Source: Camelus dromedarius
Lineage: Eukaryota
DNA: 64,000 bases
Assembly (NCBI RefSeq): GCF_036321535.1
Contig: NC_087436.1
Location: 1,240,001 to 1,304,000, forward strand
Direction: 5' to 3'
Part shown: positions 40,001 through 54,470 of the stretch, piece by piece
Layout: every line of letters begins with the position of its first letter
How positions within the stretch are numbered: position 1 is the first letter of the stretch
The notes under the pieces: model-generated
Seen by the model: the letters and a program-made list of their open reading frames with translations, nothing else
Told to the model about the DNA's origin: nothing
Databases searched by the model: none
Made by a program: the position numbers and the translations under genes

Positions 40001-42769
40001 GTTTGAAGTTCCTGCAGTTTTCACTGTCAAACCGAGTTGGAGCTAGTACCTCCCCATATATATGTATGGAATGGAGTTTGCAACTGAAAAGAAACTTTGT
40101 GTTCCCAACAAGCTAGGTGAAGGACGGCTTTCACACACACTTATCTCTCAGAACTGAGCAAGTGGAGAGACGTTCGTTCATCTAGCACCAAGGGAACGGG
40201 TTGCAGGAGACACTTTTTCTCTGCTTTCTCAGTCTGTTTCCTAGTGCCGGTTTGAAGTTCCTGCATTTTTCACTGTAAAACCGAGTTGGAGCTTCTACCT
40301 CCCCATATATATGTATGGAATGGAGTTTGCAACTGAAAAGAAACTTTGTGTTCCCAACAAGCTAGGTGAAGGACGGCTTTCACACACACTTATCTCTCAG
40401 AACAGAGCAAGTGGAGAGACGTTCGTTCATCTAGCACCAAGGGAACGGGTTGCAGGAGACACTTTTTCTCTGCTTTCTCAGTCTGTTTCCTAGTGCCGGT
40501 TTGAAGTTCCTGCAGTTTTCACTGTGAAACCGAGTTGGAGCTAGTACCTCCCCATATATATGTATGGAATGGAGTTTGCAACTGAAAAGAAACTTTGTGT
40601 TCCCAACAAGCTAGTTGAAGGACGGCTTTCACACACACTTATCTCTCAGAACCGAGCAAGTGGAGAGACGTTCGTTCATGTAGCACCAATGGAACGGGTT
40701 GCACGAGACACTTTTTCTCTGCTTTCTCAGTCTGTTTCCTAGTGCCGGTTTGAAGTTCCTGCAGTTTTCACTGTCAAACCGAGTTGGAGCTAGTACCTCC
40801 CCATATATATGTATGGAATGGAGTTTGCAACTGAAAAGAAACTTTGTGTTCCCAACAAGCTAGGTGAAGGACGGCTTTCACACACGCTTATCTCTCAGAA
40901 CTGAGCAAGTGGAGAGACGTTCGTTCATCTAGCACCAAGGGAATGGGTTGCAGGAGACACTTTTTCTCTGCTTTCTCAGTCTGTTTCCTAGTGCCGGTTT
41001 GAAGTTCCTGCAGTTTTCACTTTAAAACCGAGTTGGAGCTAGTACCTCCCCATATATATGTATGGAATGGAGTTTGCAACTGAAAAGAAACTTTGTGTTC
41101 CCAACAAGCTAGGTGAAGGACGGCTTTCACACACACTTATCTCTCAGAACTGAGCAAGTGGAGAGACGTTCGTTTATCTAGCACCAAGGGAACGGGTTGC
41201 AGGAGACACTTTTTCTCTCCTTTCTCAGTCTGTTTCCTAGTGCCGTTTTGAAGTTCCTGCAGTTTTCACTGTAAAACCAAGTTGGAGCTAGTACCTCACC
41301 ATATATATGTATGGAATGGAGTTTGCAACTGAAAAGAAACTTTGTGTTCCCAACAAGCTAGGTGAAGGACGGCTTTCATACACACTTATCTCTCAGAACT
41401 GAGCAAGTGGAGAGACGTTCGTTCATCTAGCACCAAGGGAACGGGTTGCAGGAGACACTTTTTCTCTGATTTCTCAGTCTGTTTCCTAGTGCTGGTTTGA
41501 AGTTCCTGCAGTTTTCACTGTAAAACCGAGTTGGAGCTAGTATCTCCCCATATATATGTATGGAATGGAGTTTACAACTGAAAAGAAACTTTGTGTTCCC
41601 AACAAGCTAGGTGAAGTACGGCTTTCACACACACTTATCTCTCAGAACTGAGCAAGTGAAGAGACGTTCGTTCATCTAGCACCAAGGGAACGGGTTGCCG
41701 GAGACACTTTTTCTCTGCTTTCTCAGTCTGTTTCCTAGTGCCGGTTTGAAGTTCCTGCAGTTTTCACTGTAAAACCGAGTTGGAGCTAGTACCTCCCCAT
41801 ATATATGTATGGAATGGAGTTTGCAACTGAAAAGAAACTTTGTGTTCCCAACAAGCTAGGTGAAGGACGGCTTTCACACACACTTATCTCTCAGAACTGA
41901 GCAAGTGGAGAGACGTTCGTTCATCTAGAACCAAAGGAACGGTTTTCAGGAGACACTTTTTCTCTGCTTTCTCAGTCTTTTTCCTAGTGCCGGTATGAAG
42001 TTCCTGCAGTTTTCACTGTCAAACCGAGTTGGAGCTAGTACCTCACCATATATATGTATGGAATGGAGTTTGCAACTGAAAAGAAACTTTGTGTTCCCAA
42101 CAAGCTAGGTGAAGGACGGCTTTCACACACACTTATCTCTCAGAACTGAGCAAGTGAAGAGACGTTCGTTCATCTAGCACCAAGGGAACGGGTTGCCGGA
42201 GACACTTTTTCTCTGCTTTCTCAGTCTGTTTCCTAGTGCCGGTTTGAAGTTCCTGCAGTTTTCACTGTAAAACCGAGTTGGAGCTAGTACCTCCCCATAT
42301 ATATGTATGGAATGGAGTTTGCAACTGAAAAGAAACTTTGTGTTCCCAACAAGCTAGGTGAAGGACGGCTTTCACACACACTTATCTCTCAGAACTGAGC
42401 AAGTGGAGAGACGTTCGTTCATCTAGCACCAAAGGAACGGTTTTCAGGAGACACTTTTTCTCTGCTTTCTCAGTCTGTTTCCTAGTGCCGGTTTGAAGTT
42501 CCTGCAGTTTTCACTGTCAAACCGAGTTGGAGCTAGTACCTCCCCATATATATGTATGGAATGGAGTTTGCAACTGAAAAGAAACTTTGTGTTCCCAACA
42601 AGCTAGGTGAAGGACGGCTTTCACACACACTTATCTCTCAGAACTGAGCAAGTGGAGAGACGTTCGTTCATCTAGCACCAAGGGAACGGTTTGCAGGAGA
42701 CACTTTTTCTCTGCTTTCTCAGTCTGTTTCCTAGTGCCGGTTTGAAGTTCCTGCAGTTTTCACTGTAAA

Positions 42770-45700
42770 ACCGATTTGGAGCTTGTATCTCCCCATATAT
42801 ATGTATGGAATGTAGTTTACAACTGAAAAGAAACTTTGTGTTCAAAACAAGCTAGGTGAAGGACGGCTTTAACACACACTTATCTCTCAGAACTGAGCAA
42901 GTGGAGAGACGTTCGTTCATCTAGCACCAAGGGAACGGGTTGCAGGAGACAATTTTTCTCTGCTTTCTCAGTCTGTTTCCTAGTGCCGGTTTGAAGTTCC
43001 TGCAGTTTTCACTGTAAAACCGAGTTGGAGCTAGTACCTCCCTGTATATATGTATGGAATGGAGTTTGCAACTGAAAAGAACCTTTTTGTTCCCAACAAG
43101 CTATGTGAAGGACGTCTTTCACACACTCCTATCTCTCAGAACTGAGCAAGTGGAGAGACGTTCGTTCATCTAGCACCAAGGGAACGGGTTGCAGGAGACA
43201 CTTTTTGTCAGCTTTCTCAGTCTGTTTCCTAGTGCCGGTTAGAAGTTCCTGCAGTTTTCACTGTAAAATCGAGTTGGAGCTTCTACCTCCCCATATATAT
43301 GTATGCAATGGAATTTGCAACTGAAAAGAAACTTTGAGTTCCCAACAAGCTAGGTGAAGGACGGCTTTCACACACATTTATCTCTCAGAACTGAGCAAGT
43401 GGAGAGACGTTCGTTCATCTAGCACCAAGGGAACGGGTTGCAGGAGACACTTTTTGTCTGCTTTCTCAATCTGTTTCCTAGTGCCGGTTTGAAGTTCCTG
43501 CAGTTTTCACTTTAAAACCGAGTTGGAGCTAGTACCTCACCATATATATGTATGGAATGGAGTTTCCAACTGAAAAGAAACTTTGTGTTCCCAACAAGCT
43601 AGGTGAAGGACGGCTTTCACACAAACTTATCTCTCAGAACTGAGCAAGTGGAGAGACGTTCGTTCATCTAGCACCAAGGGAACGGTTTGCAGGAGACACT
43701 TTTTCTCTGCTTTCTCAGTCTGTTTCCTAGTGCCGGTTTGAAGTTCGTGCAGTTTTCACTGTCAAAACGATTTGGAGCTAGTACCTCACCATATATATGT
43801 ATGGAATGGAGTTTGCAACTGAAAAGAAACTTTGTGTTCCCAACAAGCTAGGTGAAGGACGGCTTTCACACACACTTATCTCTCAGAACTGAGCAAGTGG
43901 AGAGACGTTCGTTCATCTAGCACCAAGGGAACGGGTTGCAGTAGTCACTTTTTCTCTGCTTTCTCAGTCTGTTTCCTAGTGCCTGTTGGAAGTTCCTGCA
44001 GTTTTCACTGTAAAACCGAGTTGGAGCTAGTACCTCCCCATATATATGTATGGAATGGAGTTTGCAACTGAAAAGAATCTTTGTGTTCCCAACAAGCTAG
44101 GTGAAGGACGGCTTTCACACACACTTATCTCTCAGAACTGAGCAAGTGGAGAGACGTTCGTTCATCTAGCACCAAGGGAACGGGTTGCAGGAGACACTTT
44201 TTCTCTGCTTTCTCAGTCTGTTTCCTAGTGCCGGTTTCAAGTTCCTGCAGTTTTCACTGTAAAACCGAGTTGGAGCTAGTATCTCCCCATATATATTTAT
44301 GGAATGGAGTTTACAACTGAAAAGAAACTTTGTGTTCCCAACAAGCTAGGTGAAGGACGGCTTTCACACACACTTATCTCTCAGAACTGAGCAAGTGGAG
44401 AGACGTTCGTTCATCTAGCACCAATGGAACGGGTTGCAGGAGACAATTTTTCTCTGCCTTCTCAGTCTGTTTCCTAGTGCCTGTTTGATGTTCCTGCAGT
44501 TTTCACTGTAAAACCGAGTTGGAGCTAGTACCTACCCATATATATGTATGGAATGGAGTTTGCAACTGAAAAGAAACTTTGTGTTCCCAACAAGCTAGGT
44601 GAAGGACGGCTTTCACACACTCCTATCTGTCAGAACTGAGAAATGGACAGACGTTCGTTCATCTAGCACCAAGGGAACGGGTTGCAGGAGACACTTTTTC
44701 TCAGCTTTCTCAGTCTGTTTCCTAGTGCCGGTTTGAAGTTCCTGCAGTTTTCACTGTAAAACCGATTTGGAGCTTGTATCTCCCCATATATATGTATGGA
44801 ATGGAGTTTGCAACTGAAAAGAAACTTTGTGTTCCCAACAAGCTAGGTGAAGGACGGCTTTCACACACACTTATCTCTCAGAACTGAGCAAGTGGAGAGA
44901 CGTTCGTTCATCTAGCACCAAGGGAACGGGTTGCAGGAGACACTTTTTCTCTGCTTTCTCAGGCTGTTTCCTAGTGCCGGTTGGAAGTTCCTGCAGTTTT
45001 CACTGTCAAACCGAGTTGGAGCTAGTACCTCCCCATATATATGTATGGAATGGAGTTTGCAACTGAATAGAAACTTTGTGTTCCCAACAAGCTAGGTGAA
45101 GGACGGCTTTCACACACACTTATCTCTCAGAACTGAGCAAGTGGAGAGACGTTTGTTCATCTAGCACCAAGGGAACGGGTTGCAGGAGTCACTTTTTCTC
45201 TGCTTTCTCAGTCTGTTTCCTAGTGCCGGTTTGAAGTTCCTGCAGTTTTCACTGTAAAACCGAGTTGGAGCTAGTATCTCCCCATATATATGTATGGAAT
45301 GGAGTTTACAACTGAAAAGAAACTTTGTGTTCCCAACAAGCTAGGTGAAGGACGGCTTTCACACACACTTATCTCTCAGAACTGAGCAAGTGGAGAGACG
45401 TTCGTTCATCTAGCACCAAGGGAACGGGTTGCAGGAGACAATTTTTCTCTGCTTTCTCAGTCTGTTTCCTAGTGCCGGTTTGATGTTCCTGCAGTTTTCA
45501 CTGTGAAACCGAGTTGGAGCTAGTACCTCCCCATATATATGTATGGAATGGAGTTTGCAACTGAAAAGAAACTTTTTGTTCCCAACAAGCTAGGTGAAGG
45601 ACGGCTTTCACACACTCCTATCTCTCAGAACTGAGAAATGGAGAGACGTTCGTTCATCTAGCACCAATGGAACGGGTTGCAGGAGACACTTTTTCTCAGC

Positions 45701-48700
45701 TTTCTCAGTCTGTTTCCTAGTGCCGGTTTGAAGTTCGTGCAGTTTTCACTGTAAAACCGAGTTGGAGCTAGTACCTCCCCTTATATATGTATGGAATGGA
45801 GTTTGCAACTGAAAAGAAACTTTGTGTTCCCAACAAGATAGGTGAAGGATGGCTTTCACACACACTTATCTCTCAGAACAGAGCAAGTGGAGAGACGTTC
45901 GTTCATCTAGCACCAAGGGAACGGGTTGCAGGAGACACTTTTTCTCTGCTTTCTCAATCTGTTTCCTAGTGCCGATTTGAAGTTCCTGCAGTTTTCACTG
46001 TCAAACGGAGTTGGAGCTAGTACCTCCCCATATATACGTATGGAATGGAGTTTGCAACTGAAAAGAAACTTTGTGTTCCCAACAAGCTAGGTGAAGGACG
46101 GCTTTCACACACGCTTATCTCTCTGAACTGAGCAAGTGGAGAGACTTTCGTTCATCTAGCACCAAGGGAACGGGTTGCAGGAGACACTTTTTCTCTGCTT
46201 TCTCAGTCTGTTTCCTAGTGCCGGTTTGAAGTTCCTGCAGTTTTCACTGTAAAACCGAGTTGGAGCTAGTACCTCCCAATATATATGTATGGAATGGAGT
46301 TTGCAACTGAAAAGAAACTTTGTGTTCCCAACAAGCTAGGTGAAGGACGGCTTTCACACACACTTATCTCTCAGAACTGAGCAAGTGGAGAGACGTTCGT
46401 TCATCTAGCACCAAAGGAACGGGTTGCAGGAGACACTTTTTCTCTGCTTTCTCAGTCTGTTTCCTAGTGCCGGTTTGAAGTTCCTGCAGTTTTCACTGTA
46501 AAACCGAGTTGGAGCTAGTACCTCCCAATATATATGTATGGAATGGAGTTTGCAACTGAAAAGAATCTTTGTGTTCCCAACAAGCTAGGTGAAGGACGGC
46601 TTTCACACACACTTATCTCTCAGAACTGAGCAAGTGGAGAGACGTTCGTTCATCTAGCACCAAGGGAACGGGTTGCAGGAGACACTTTTTCTCTGCTTTC
46701 TCAGTCTGTTTCCTAGTGCCGGTTTGAAGTTCCTGCAGTTTTCACTGTAAAACCGAGTTGGAGCTAGTACCTCCCCATATATATGTATGGAAAGGAGTTT
46801 GCAACTGAAAAGAAACTTTGTGTTCCCAACAAGCTAGGTGAAGGACGGCTTTCACACACACTTATCTCTCAGAACTGAGCAAGTGGAGAGACGTTCGTTC
46901 ATCTAGCACCAAGGGAACGGGTTGCAGGAGACACTTTTTCTCTGCTTTCTCAGTCTGTTTCCTAGTGCCGGGTTGAAGTTCCTGCAGTTTTCACTGTAAA
47001 ACCGAGTTGGAGCTAGTACCTCCCAATATATATGTATGGAATGGAGTTTGCAACTGAAAAGAAACTTTGTGTTCCCAACAAGCTAGGTGAAGGACGGCTT
47101 TCACACACACTTATCTCTCAGAACTGAGCAAGTGGAGAGACGTTCGTTCATCTAGCACCAAGGGAACGGGTTGCAAGAGACACTTTTTCTCTGCTTTCTC
47201 AGTCTGTTTCCTAGTGCCGGTTTGATGTTCCTGCAGTTTTCACTGTAAAACCGAGTTGGAGCTAGTACCTCCCAATATATATGTATGGAATGGAGTTTGC
47301 AACTGAAAAGAATCTTTGTGTTCCCAACAAGCTAGGTGAAGGACGGCTTTCACACACACTTATCTCTCAGAACTGAGCAAGTGGAGAGACGTTCGTTCAT
47401 CTAGCACCAAGGGAACGGGTTGCAGGAGACACTTTTTCTCTGCTTTCTCAGTCTGTTTCCTAGTGCCGGTTTGAAGTTCCTGCAGTTTTCACTGTAAAAC
47501 CGAGTTGGAGCTAGTACCTCCCCATATATATGTATGGAATGGAGTTTGCAACTGAAAAGAAACTTTGTGTTCCCAACAAGCTAGGTGAAGGACGGCTTTC
47601 ACACACACTTATCTCTCAGAACTGAGCAAGTGGAGAGACGTTCGTTCATCTAGCACCAAGGGAACGGGTTGCAGGAGACACTTTTTCTCTGCTTTCTCAG
47701 TCTGTTTCCTAGTGCCGGTTTGAAGTTCCTGCAGTTTTCACTGTCAAACCGAGTTGGAGCTAGTACCTCACCATATATATGTATGGAATGGAGTTTGCAA
47801 CTGAAAAGAAACTTTGTGTTCCCAACAAGCTAGGTGAAGGACGGCTTTCACACACACTTATCTCTCAGAACTGAGCAAGTGGAGAGACGTTCGTTCATCT
47901 AGCACCAAGGGAACGGGTTGAAGTAGACACTTTTTCTCTGCTTTCTCAGTCTGTTTCCTAGTGCCGGTTGGAAGTTCCTGCAGTTTTCACTGTAAAACCG
48001 AGTTGGAGCTAGTACCTCCCCATATATATGTATGGAATGGAGTTTGCAACTGAAAAGAAACTTTGTGTTCCCAACAAGCTAGGTGAAGGACGGCTTTCAC
48101 ACACACTTATCTCTCAGAACTGAGCAAGAGGAGAGACGTTCGTTCATCTAGCACCAAGGGAACGGGTTGCAGGAGACACTTTTTCTCTGCTTTCTCAGTC
48201 TGTTTCCTAGTGCCGGTTTGAAGTTCCTGCAGTTTTCACTGTAAAACCGATTTGGAGCTTGTATCTCCCCATATATATGTATGGAATGTAGTTTACAACT
48301 GAAAAGAAACTTTGTGTTCAAAACAAGCTAGGTGAAGGACGGCTTTAACACACACTTATCTCTCAGAACTGAGCAAGTGGAGAGACGTTCGTTCATCTAG
48401 CACCAAGGGAACGGGTTGCAGGAGACAATTTTTCTCTGCTTCCTCAGTCTGTTTCCTAGTGCCGGTTTGAAGTTCCTGCAGTTTTCACTGTAAAACCGAG
48501 TTGGAGCTAGTACCTCCCTGTATATATGTATGGAATGGAGTTTGCAACTGAAAAGAACCTTTTTGTTCCCAACAAGCTATGTGAAGGACGTCTTTCACAC
48601 ACTCCTATCTCTCAGAACTGAGCAAGTGGAGAGACGTTCGTTCATCTAGCACCAAGGGAACGGGTTGCAGGAGACACTTTTTCTCAGTTTTCTCAGTCTG

Positions 48701-51700
48701 TTTCCTAGTGCCGGTTAGAAGTTCCTGCAGTTTTCACTGTAAAATCGAGTTGGAGCTTCTACCTCCCCATATATATGTATGCAATGGAATTTGCAACTGA
48801 AAAGAAACTTTGAGTTCCCAACAAGCTAGGTGAAGGACGGCTTTCACACACATTTATCTCTGAGAACTGAGCAAGTGGAGAGACGTTCGTTCATCTAGCA
48901 CCAAGGGAACGGGTTGCAGGAGACACTTTTTGTCTGCTTTCTCAATCTGTTTCCTAGTGCCGGTTTGAAGTTCCTGCAGTTTTCACTTTAAAACCGAGTT
49001 GGAGCTAGTACCTCACCATATATATGTATGGAATGGAGTTTCCAACTGAAAAGAAACTTTGTGTTCCCAACAAGCTAGGTGAAGGACGGCTTTCACACAA
49101 ACTTATCTCTCAGAACTGAGCAAGTGGAGAGACGTTCGTTCATCTAGCACCAAGGGAACGGTTTGCAGGAGACACTTTTTCTCTGCTTTCTCAGTCTGTT
49201 TCCTAGTGCCGGTTTGAAGTTCGTGCAGTTTTCACTGTCAAAACGATTTGGAGCTAGTACCTCACCATATATATGTATGGAATGGAGTTTGCAACTGAAA
49301 AGAAACTTTGTGTTCCCAACAAGCTAGGTGAAGGACGGCTTTCACACACACTTATCTCTCAGAACTGAGCAAGAGGAGAGACGTTCGTTCATCTAGCACC
49401 AAGGGAACGGGTTGCAGGAGACACTTTTTCTCTGCTTTCTCAGTCTGTTTCCTAGTGCCGGGTTGAAGTTCCTGCAGTTTTCACTGTAAAACCGAGTTGG
49501 AGCTAGTACCTCCCAATATATATGTATGGAATGGAGTTTGCAACTGAAAAGAAACTTTGTGTTCCCAACAAGCTAGGTGAAGGACGGCTTTCACACACAC
49601 TTATCTCTCAGAACTGAGCAAGTGGAGAGACGTTCGTTCATCTAGCACCAAGGGAACGGGTTGCAGGAGACACTTTTTCTCTGCTTTCTCAGTCTGTTTC
49701 CTAGTGCCGGTTTGATGTTCCTGCAGTTTTCACTGTAAAACCGAGTTGGAGCTAGTACCTCCCAATATATATGTATGGAATGGAGTTTGCAACTGAAAAG
49801 AATCTTTGTGTTCCCAACAAGCTAGGTGAAGGACGGCTTTCACACACACTTATCTCTCAGAACTGAGCAAGTGGAGAGACGTTCGTTCATTTAGCACCAA
49901 GGGAACGGGTTGCAGGAGACACTTTTTCTCAGCTTTCTCAGTCTGTTTCCTAGTGCCGGTTAGAAGTTCCTGCAGTTTTCACTGTAAAATCGAGTTGGAG
50001 CTTCTACCTCCCCATATATATGTATGCAATGGAATTTGCAACTGAAAAGAAACTTTGAGTTCCCAACAAGCTAGGTGAAGGACGGCTTTCACACACATTT
50101 ATCTCTGAGAACTGAGCAAGTGGAGAGACGTTCGTTCATCTAGCACCAAGGGAACGGGTTGCAGGAGACACTTTTTGTCTGCTTTCTCAATCTGTTTCCT
50201 AGTGCCGGTTTGAAGTTCCTGCAGTTTTCACTTTAAAACCGAGTTGGAGCTAGTACCTCACCATATATATGTATGGAATGGAGTTTCCAACTGAAAAGAA
50301 ACTTTGTGTTCCCAACAAGCTAGGTGAAGGACGGCTTTCACACAAACTTATCTCTCAGAACTGAGCAAGTGGAGAGACGTTCGTTCATCTAGCACCAAGG
50401 GAACGGTTTGCAGGAGACACTTTTTCTCTGCTTTCTCAGTCTGTTTCCTAGTGCCGGTTTGAAGTTCGTGCAGTTTTCACTGTCAAAACGATTTGGAGCT
50501 AGTACCTCACCATATATATGTATGGAATGGAGTTTGCAACTGAAAAGAAACTTTGTGTTCCCAACAAGCTAGGTGAAGGACGGCTTTCACACACACTTAT
50601 CTCTCAGAACTGAGCAAGTGGAGAGACGTTCGTTCATCTAGCACCAAGGGAACGGGTTGCAGTAGTCACTTTTTCTCTGCTTTCTCAGTCTGTTTCCTAG
50701 TGCCTGTTGGAAGTTCCTGCAGTTTTCACTGTAAAACCGAGTTGGAGCTAGTACCTCCCCATATATATGTATGGAATGGAGTTTGCAACTGAAAAGAATC
50801 TTTGTGTTCCCAACAAGCTAGGTGAAGGACGGCTTTCACACACACTTATCTCTCAGAACTGAGCAAGTGGAGAGACGTTCGTTCATCTAGCACCAAGGGA
50901 ACGGGTTGCAGGAGACACTTTTTCTCTGCTTTCTCAGTCTGTTTCCTAGTGCCGGTTTCAAGTTCCTGCAGTTTTCACTGTAAAACCGAGTTGGAGCTAG
51001 TATCTCCCCATATATATTTATGGAATGGAGTTTACAACTGAAAAGAAACTTTGTGTTCCCAACAAGCTAGGTGAAGGACGGCTTTCACACACACTTATCT
51101 CTCAGAACTGAGCAAGTGGAGAGACGTTCGTTCATCTAGCACCAATGGAACGGGTTGCAGGAGACAATTTTTCTCTGCTTTCTCAGTCTGTTTCCTAGTG
51201 CCTGTTTGATGTTCCTGCAGTTTTCACTGTAAAACCGAGTTGGAGCTAGTACCTACCCATATATATGTATGGAATGGAGTTTGCAACTGAAAAGAAACTT
51301 TGTGTTCCCAACAAGCTAGGTGAAGGACGGCTTTCACACACTCCTATCTGTCAGAACTGAGAAATGGACAGACGTTCGTTCATCTAGCACCAAGGGAACG
51401 GGTTGCAGGAGACACTTTTTCTCAGCTTTCTCAGTCTGTTTCCTAGTGCCGGTTTGAAGTTCCTGCAGTTTTCACTGTAAAACCGATTTGGAGCTTGTAT
51501 CTCCCCATATATATGTATGGAATGTGGTTTACAACTGAAAAGAAACTTTGTGTTCAAAACAAGCTAGGTGAAGGACGGCTTTCACACACACTTATCTCTC
51601 AGAACTGAGCAAGTGGAGAGACGTTCGTTCATCTAGCAACAAGGGAACGGGTTGCAGGAGACACTTTTTCTCTGCTTTCTCAGTCTGTTTCCTAGTGCCG

Positions 51701-54470
51701 GTTTGAAGTTCCTGCAGTTTTCACTGTAAAACCGAGTTGGAGCTAGTACCTCCCCATATATATGTATGGAATGGAGTTTGCAACTGAAAAGAAACTTTGT
51801 GTTCCCAACAAGCTAGGTGAAGGACGGCTTTCACACACACTTATCTCTCAGAACTGAGCAAGTGGAGAGACGTTCGTTCATCTAGCACCAAGGGAACGGG
51901 TTGCAGGAGACACTTTTTCTCTGCTTTCTCAGTCTGTTTCCTAGTGCCGGTTGGAAGTTCCTGCAGTTTTCACTGTCAAACCGAGTTGGAGCTAGTACCT
52001 CCCCATATATATGTATGGAATGGAGTTTGCAACTGAAAAGAAACTTTGTGTTCCCAACAAGCTAGGTGAAGGACGGCTTTCACACACACTTATCTCTCAG
52101 AACTGAGCAAGTGGAGAGACGTTTGTTCATCTAGCACCAAGGGAACGGGTTGCAGGAGTCACTTTTTCTCTGCTTTCTCAGTCTGTTTCCTAGTGCCGGT
52201 TTGAAGTTCCTGCAGTTTTCACTGTAAAACCGAGTTGGAGCTAGTATCTCCCCATATATATGTATGGAATGGAGTTTACAACTGAAAAGAAACTTTGTGT
52301 TCCCAACACGCTAGGTGAAGGACGGCTTTCACACACACTTATCTCTCAGAACTGAGCAAGTGGAGAGACGTTCGTTCTTCTAGCACCAAGGGAACGGGTT
52401 GCAGGAGACAATTTTTCTCTGCTTTCTCAGTCTGTTTCCTAGTGCCGGTTTGATGTTCCTGCAGTTTTCACTGTGAAACCGAGTTGGAGCTAGTACCTCC
52501 CCATATATATGTATGGAATGGAGTTTGCAACTGAAAAGAAACTTTTTGTTCCCAACAAGCTAGGTGAAGGACGGCTTTCACACACTCCTATCTCTCAGAA
52601 CTGAGAAATGGAGAGACGTTCGTTCATCTAGCACCAATGGAACGGGTTGCAGGAGACACTTTTTCTCAGCTTTCTCAGTCTGTTTCCTAGTGCCGGTTTG
52701 AAGTTCGTGCAGTTTTCACTGTAAAACCGAGTTGGAGCTAGTACCTCCCCTTATATATGTATGGAATGGAGTTTGCAACTGAAAAGAAACTTTGTGTTCC
52801 CAACAAGATAGGTGAAGGATGGCTTTCACACACACTTATCTCTCAGAACAGAGCAAGTGGAGAGACGTTCGTTCATCTAGCACCAAGGGAACGGGTTGCA
52901 GGAGACACTTTTTCTCTGCTTTCTCAATCTGTTTCCTAGTGCCGATTTGAAGTTCCTGCAGTTTTCACTGTCAAACGGAGTTGGAGCTAGTACCTCCCCA
53001 TATATACGTATGGAATGGAGTTTGCAACTGAAAAGAAACTTTGTGTTCCCAACAAGCTAGGTGAAGGACGGCTTTCACACACGCTTATCTCTCTGAACTG
53101 AGCAAGTGGAGAGACGTTCGTTCATCTAGCACCAAGGGAACGGGTTGCAGGAGACACTTTTTCTCTGCTTTCTCAGTCTGTTTCCTAGTGCCGGTTTGAA
53201 GTTCCTGCAGTTTTCACTGTAAAACCGAGTTGGAGCTAGTACCTCCCAATATATATGTATGGAATGGAGTTTGCAACTGAAAAGAAACTTTGTGTTCCCA
53301 ACAAGCTAGGTGAAGGACGGCTTTCACACACACTTATCTCTCAGAACTGAGCAAGTGGAGAGACGTTCGTTCATCTAGCACCAAAGGAACGGGTTGCAGG
53401 AGACACTTTTTCTCTGCTTTCTCAGTCTGTTTCCTAGTGCCGGTTTGAAGTTCCTGCAGTTTTCACTGTAAAACCGAGTTGGAGCTAGTACCTCCCAATA
53501 TATATGTATGGAATGGAGTTTGCAACTGAAAAGAATCTTTGTGTTCCCAACAAGCTAGGTGAAGGACGGCTTTCACACACACTTATCTCTCAGAACTGAG
53601 CAAGTGGAGAGACGTTCGTTCATCTAGCACCAAGGGAACGGGTTGCAGGAGACACTTTTTCTCTGCTTTCTCAGTCTGTTTCCTAGTGCCGGTTTGAAGT
53701 TCCTGCAGTTTTCACTGTAAAACCGAGTTGGAGCTAGTACCTCCCCATATATATGTATGGAAAGGAGTTTGCAACTGAAAAGAAACTTTGTGTTCCCAAC
53801 AAGCTAGGTGAAGGACGGCTTTCACACACACTTATCTCTCAGAACTGAGCAAGTGGAGAGACGTTCGTTCATCTAGCACCAAGGGAACGGGTTGCAGGAG
53901 ACACTTTTTCTCTGCTTTCTCAGTCTGTTTCCTAGTGCCGGGTTGAAGTTCCTGCAGTTTTCACTGTAAAACCGAGTTGGAGCTAGTACCTCCCAATATA
54001 TATGTATGGAATGGAGTTTGCAACTGAAAAGAAACTTTGTGTTCCCAACAAGCTAGGTGAAGGACGGCTTTCACACACACTTATCTCTCAGAACTGAGCA
54101 AGTGGAGAGACGTTCGTTCATCTAGCACCAAGGGAACGGGTTGCAGGAGACACTTTTTCTCTGCTTTCTCAGTCTGTTTCCTAGTGCCGGTTTGATGTTC
54201 CTGCAGTTTTCACTGTAAAACCGAGTTGGAGCTAGTACCTCCCAATATATATGTATGGAATGGAGTTTGCAACTGAAAAGAATCTTTGTGTTCCCAACAA
54301 GCTAGGTGAAGGACAGCTTTCACACACACTTATCTCTCAGAACTGAGCAAGTGGAGAGACGTTCGTTCATCTAGCACCAAGGGAACGGGTTGCAGGAGAC
54401 ACTTTTTCTCTGCTTTCTCAGTCTGTTTCCTAGTGCCGGTTTGAAGTTCCTGCAGTTTTCACTGTAAAAC
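42770..54470 (+). repeat. Mosaic duplications of a divergent monomer block (offsets of 22, 27 and 28 monomers)
   Basis: CCGATTT/TGTAGTTTAC/TTCAAAAC at 42771/48247 (5476); GTATGCAATGGAATTT at 43301/48777/50022; GGTTTCAA at 44233/50954 (6721); ORFs 45787/52757 (6970). Confidence 0.85.
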
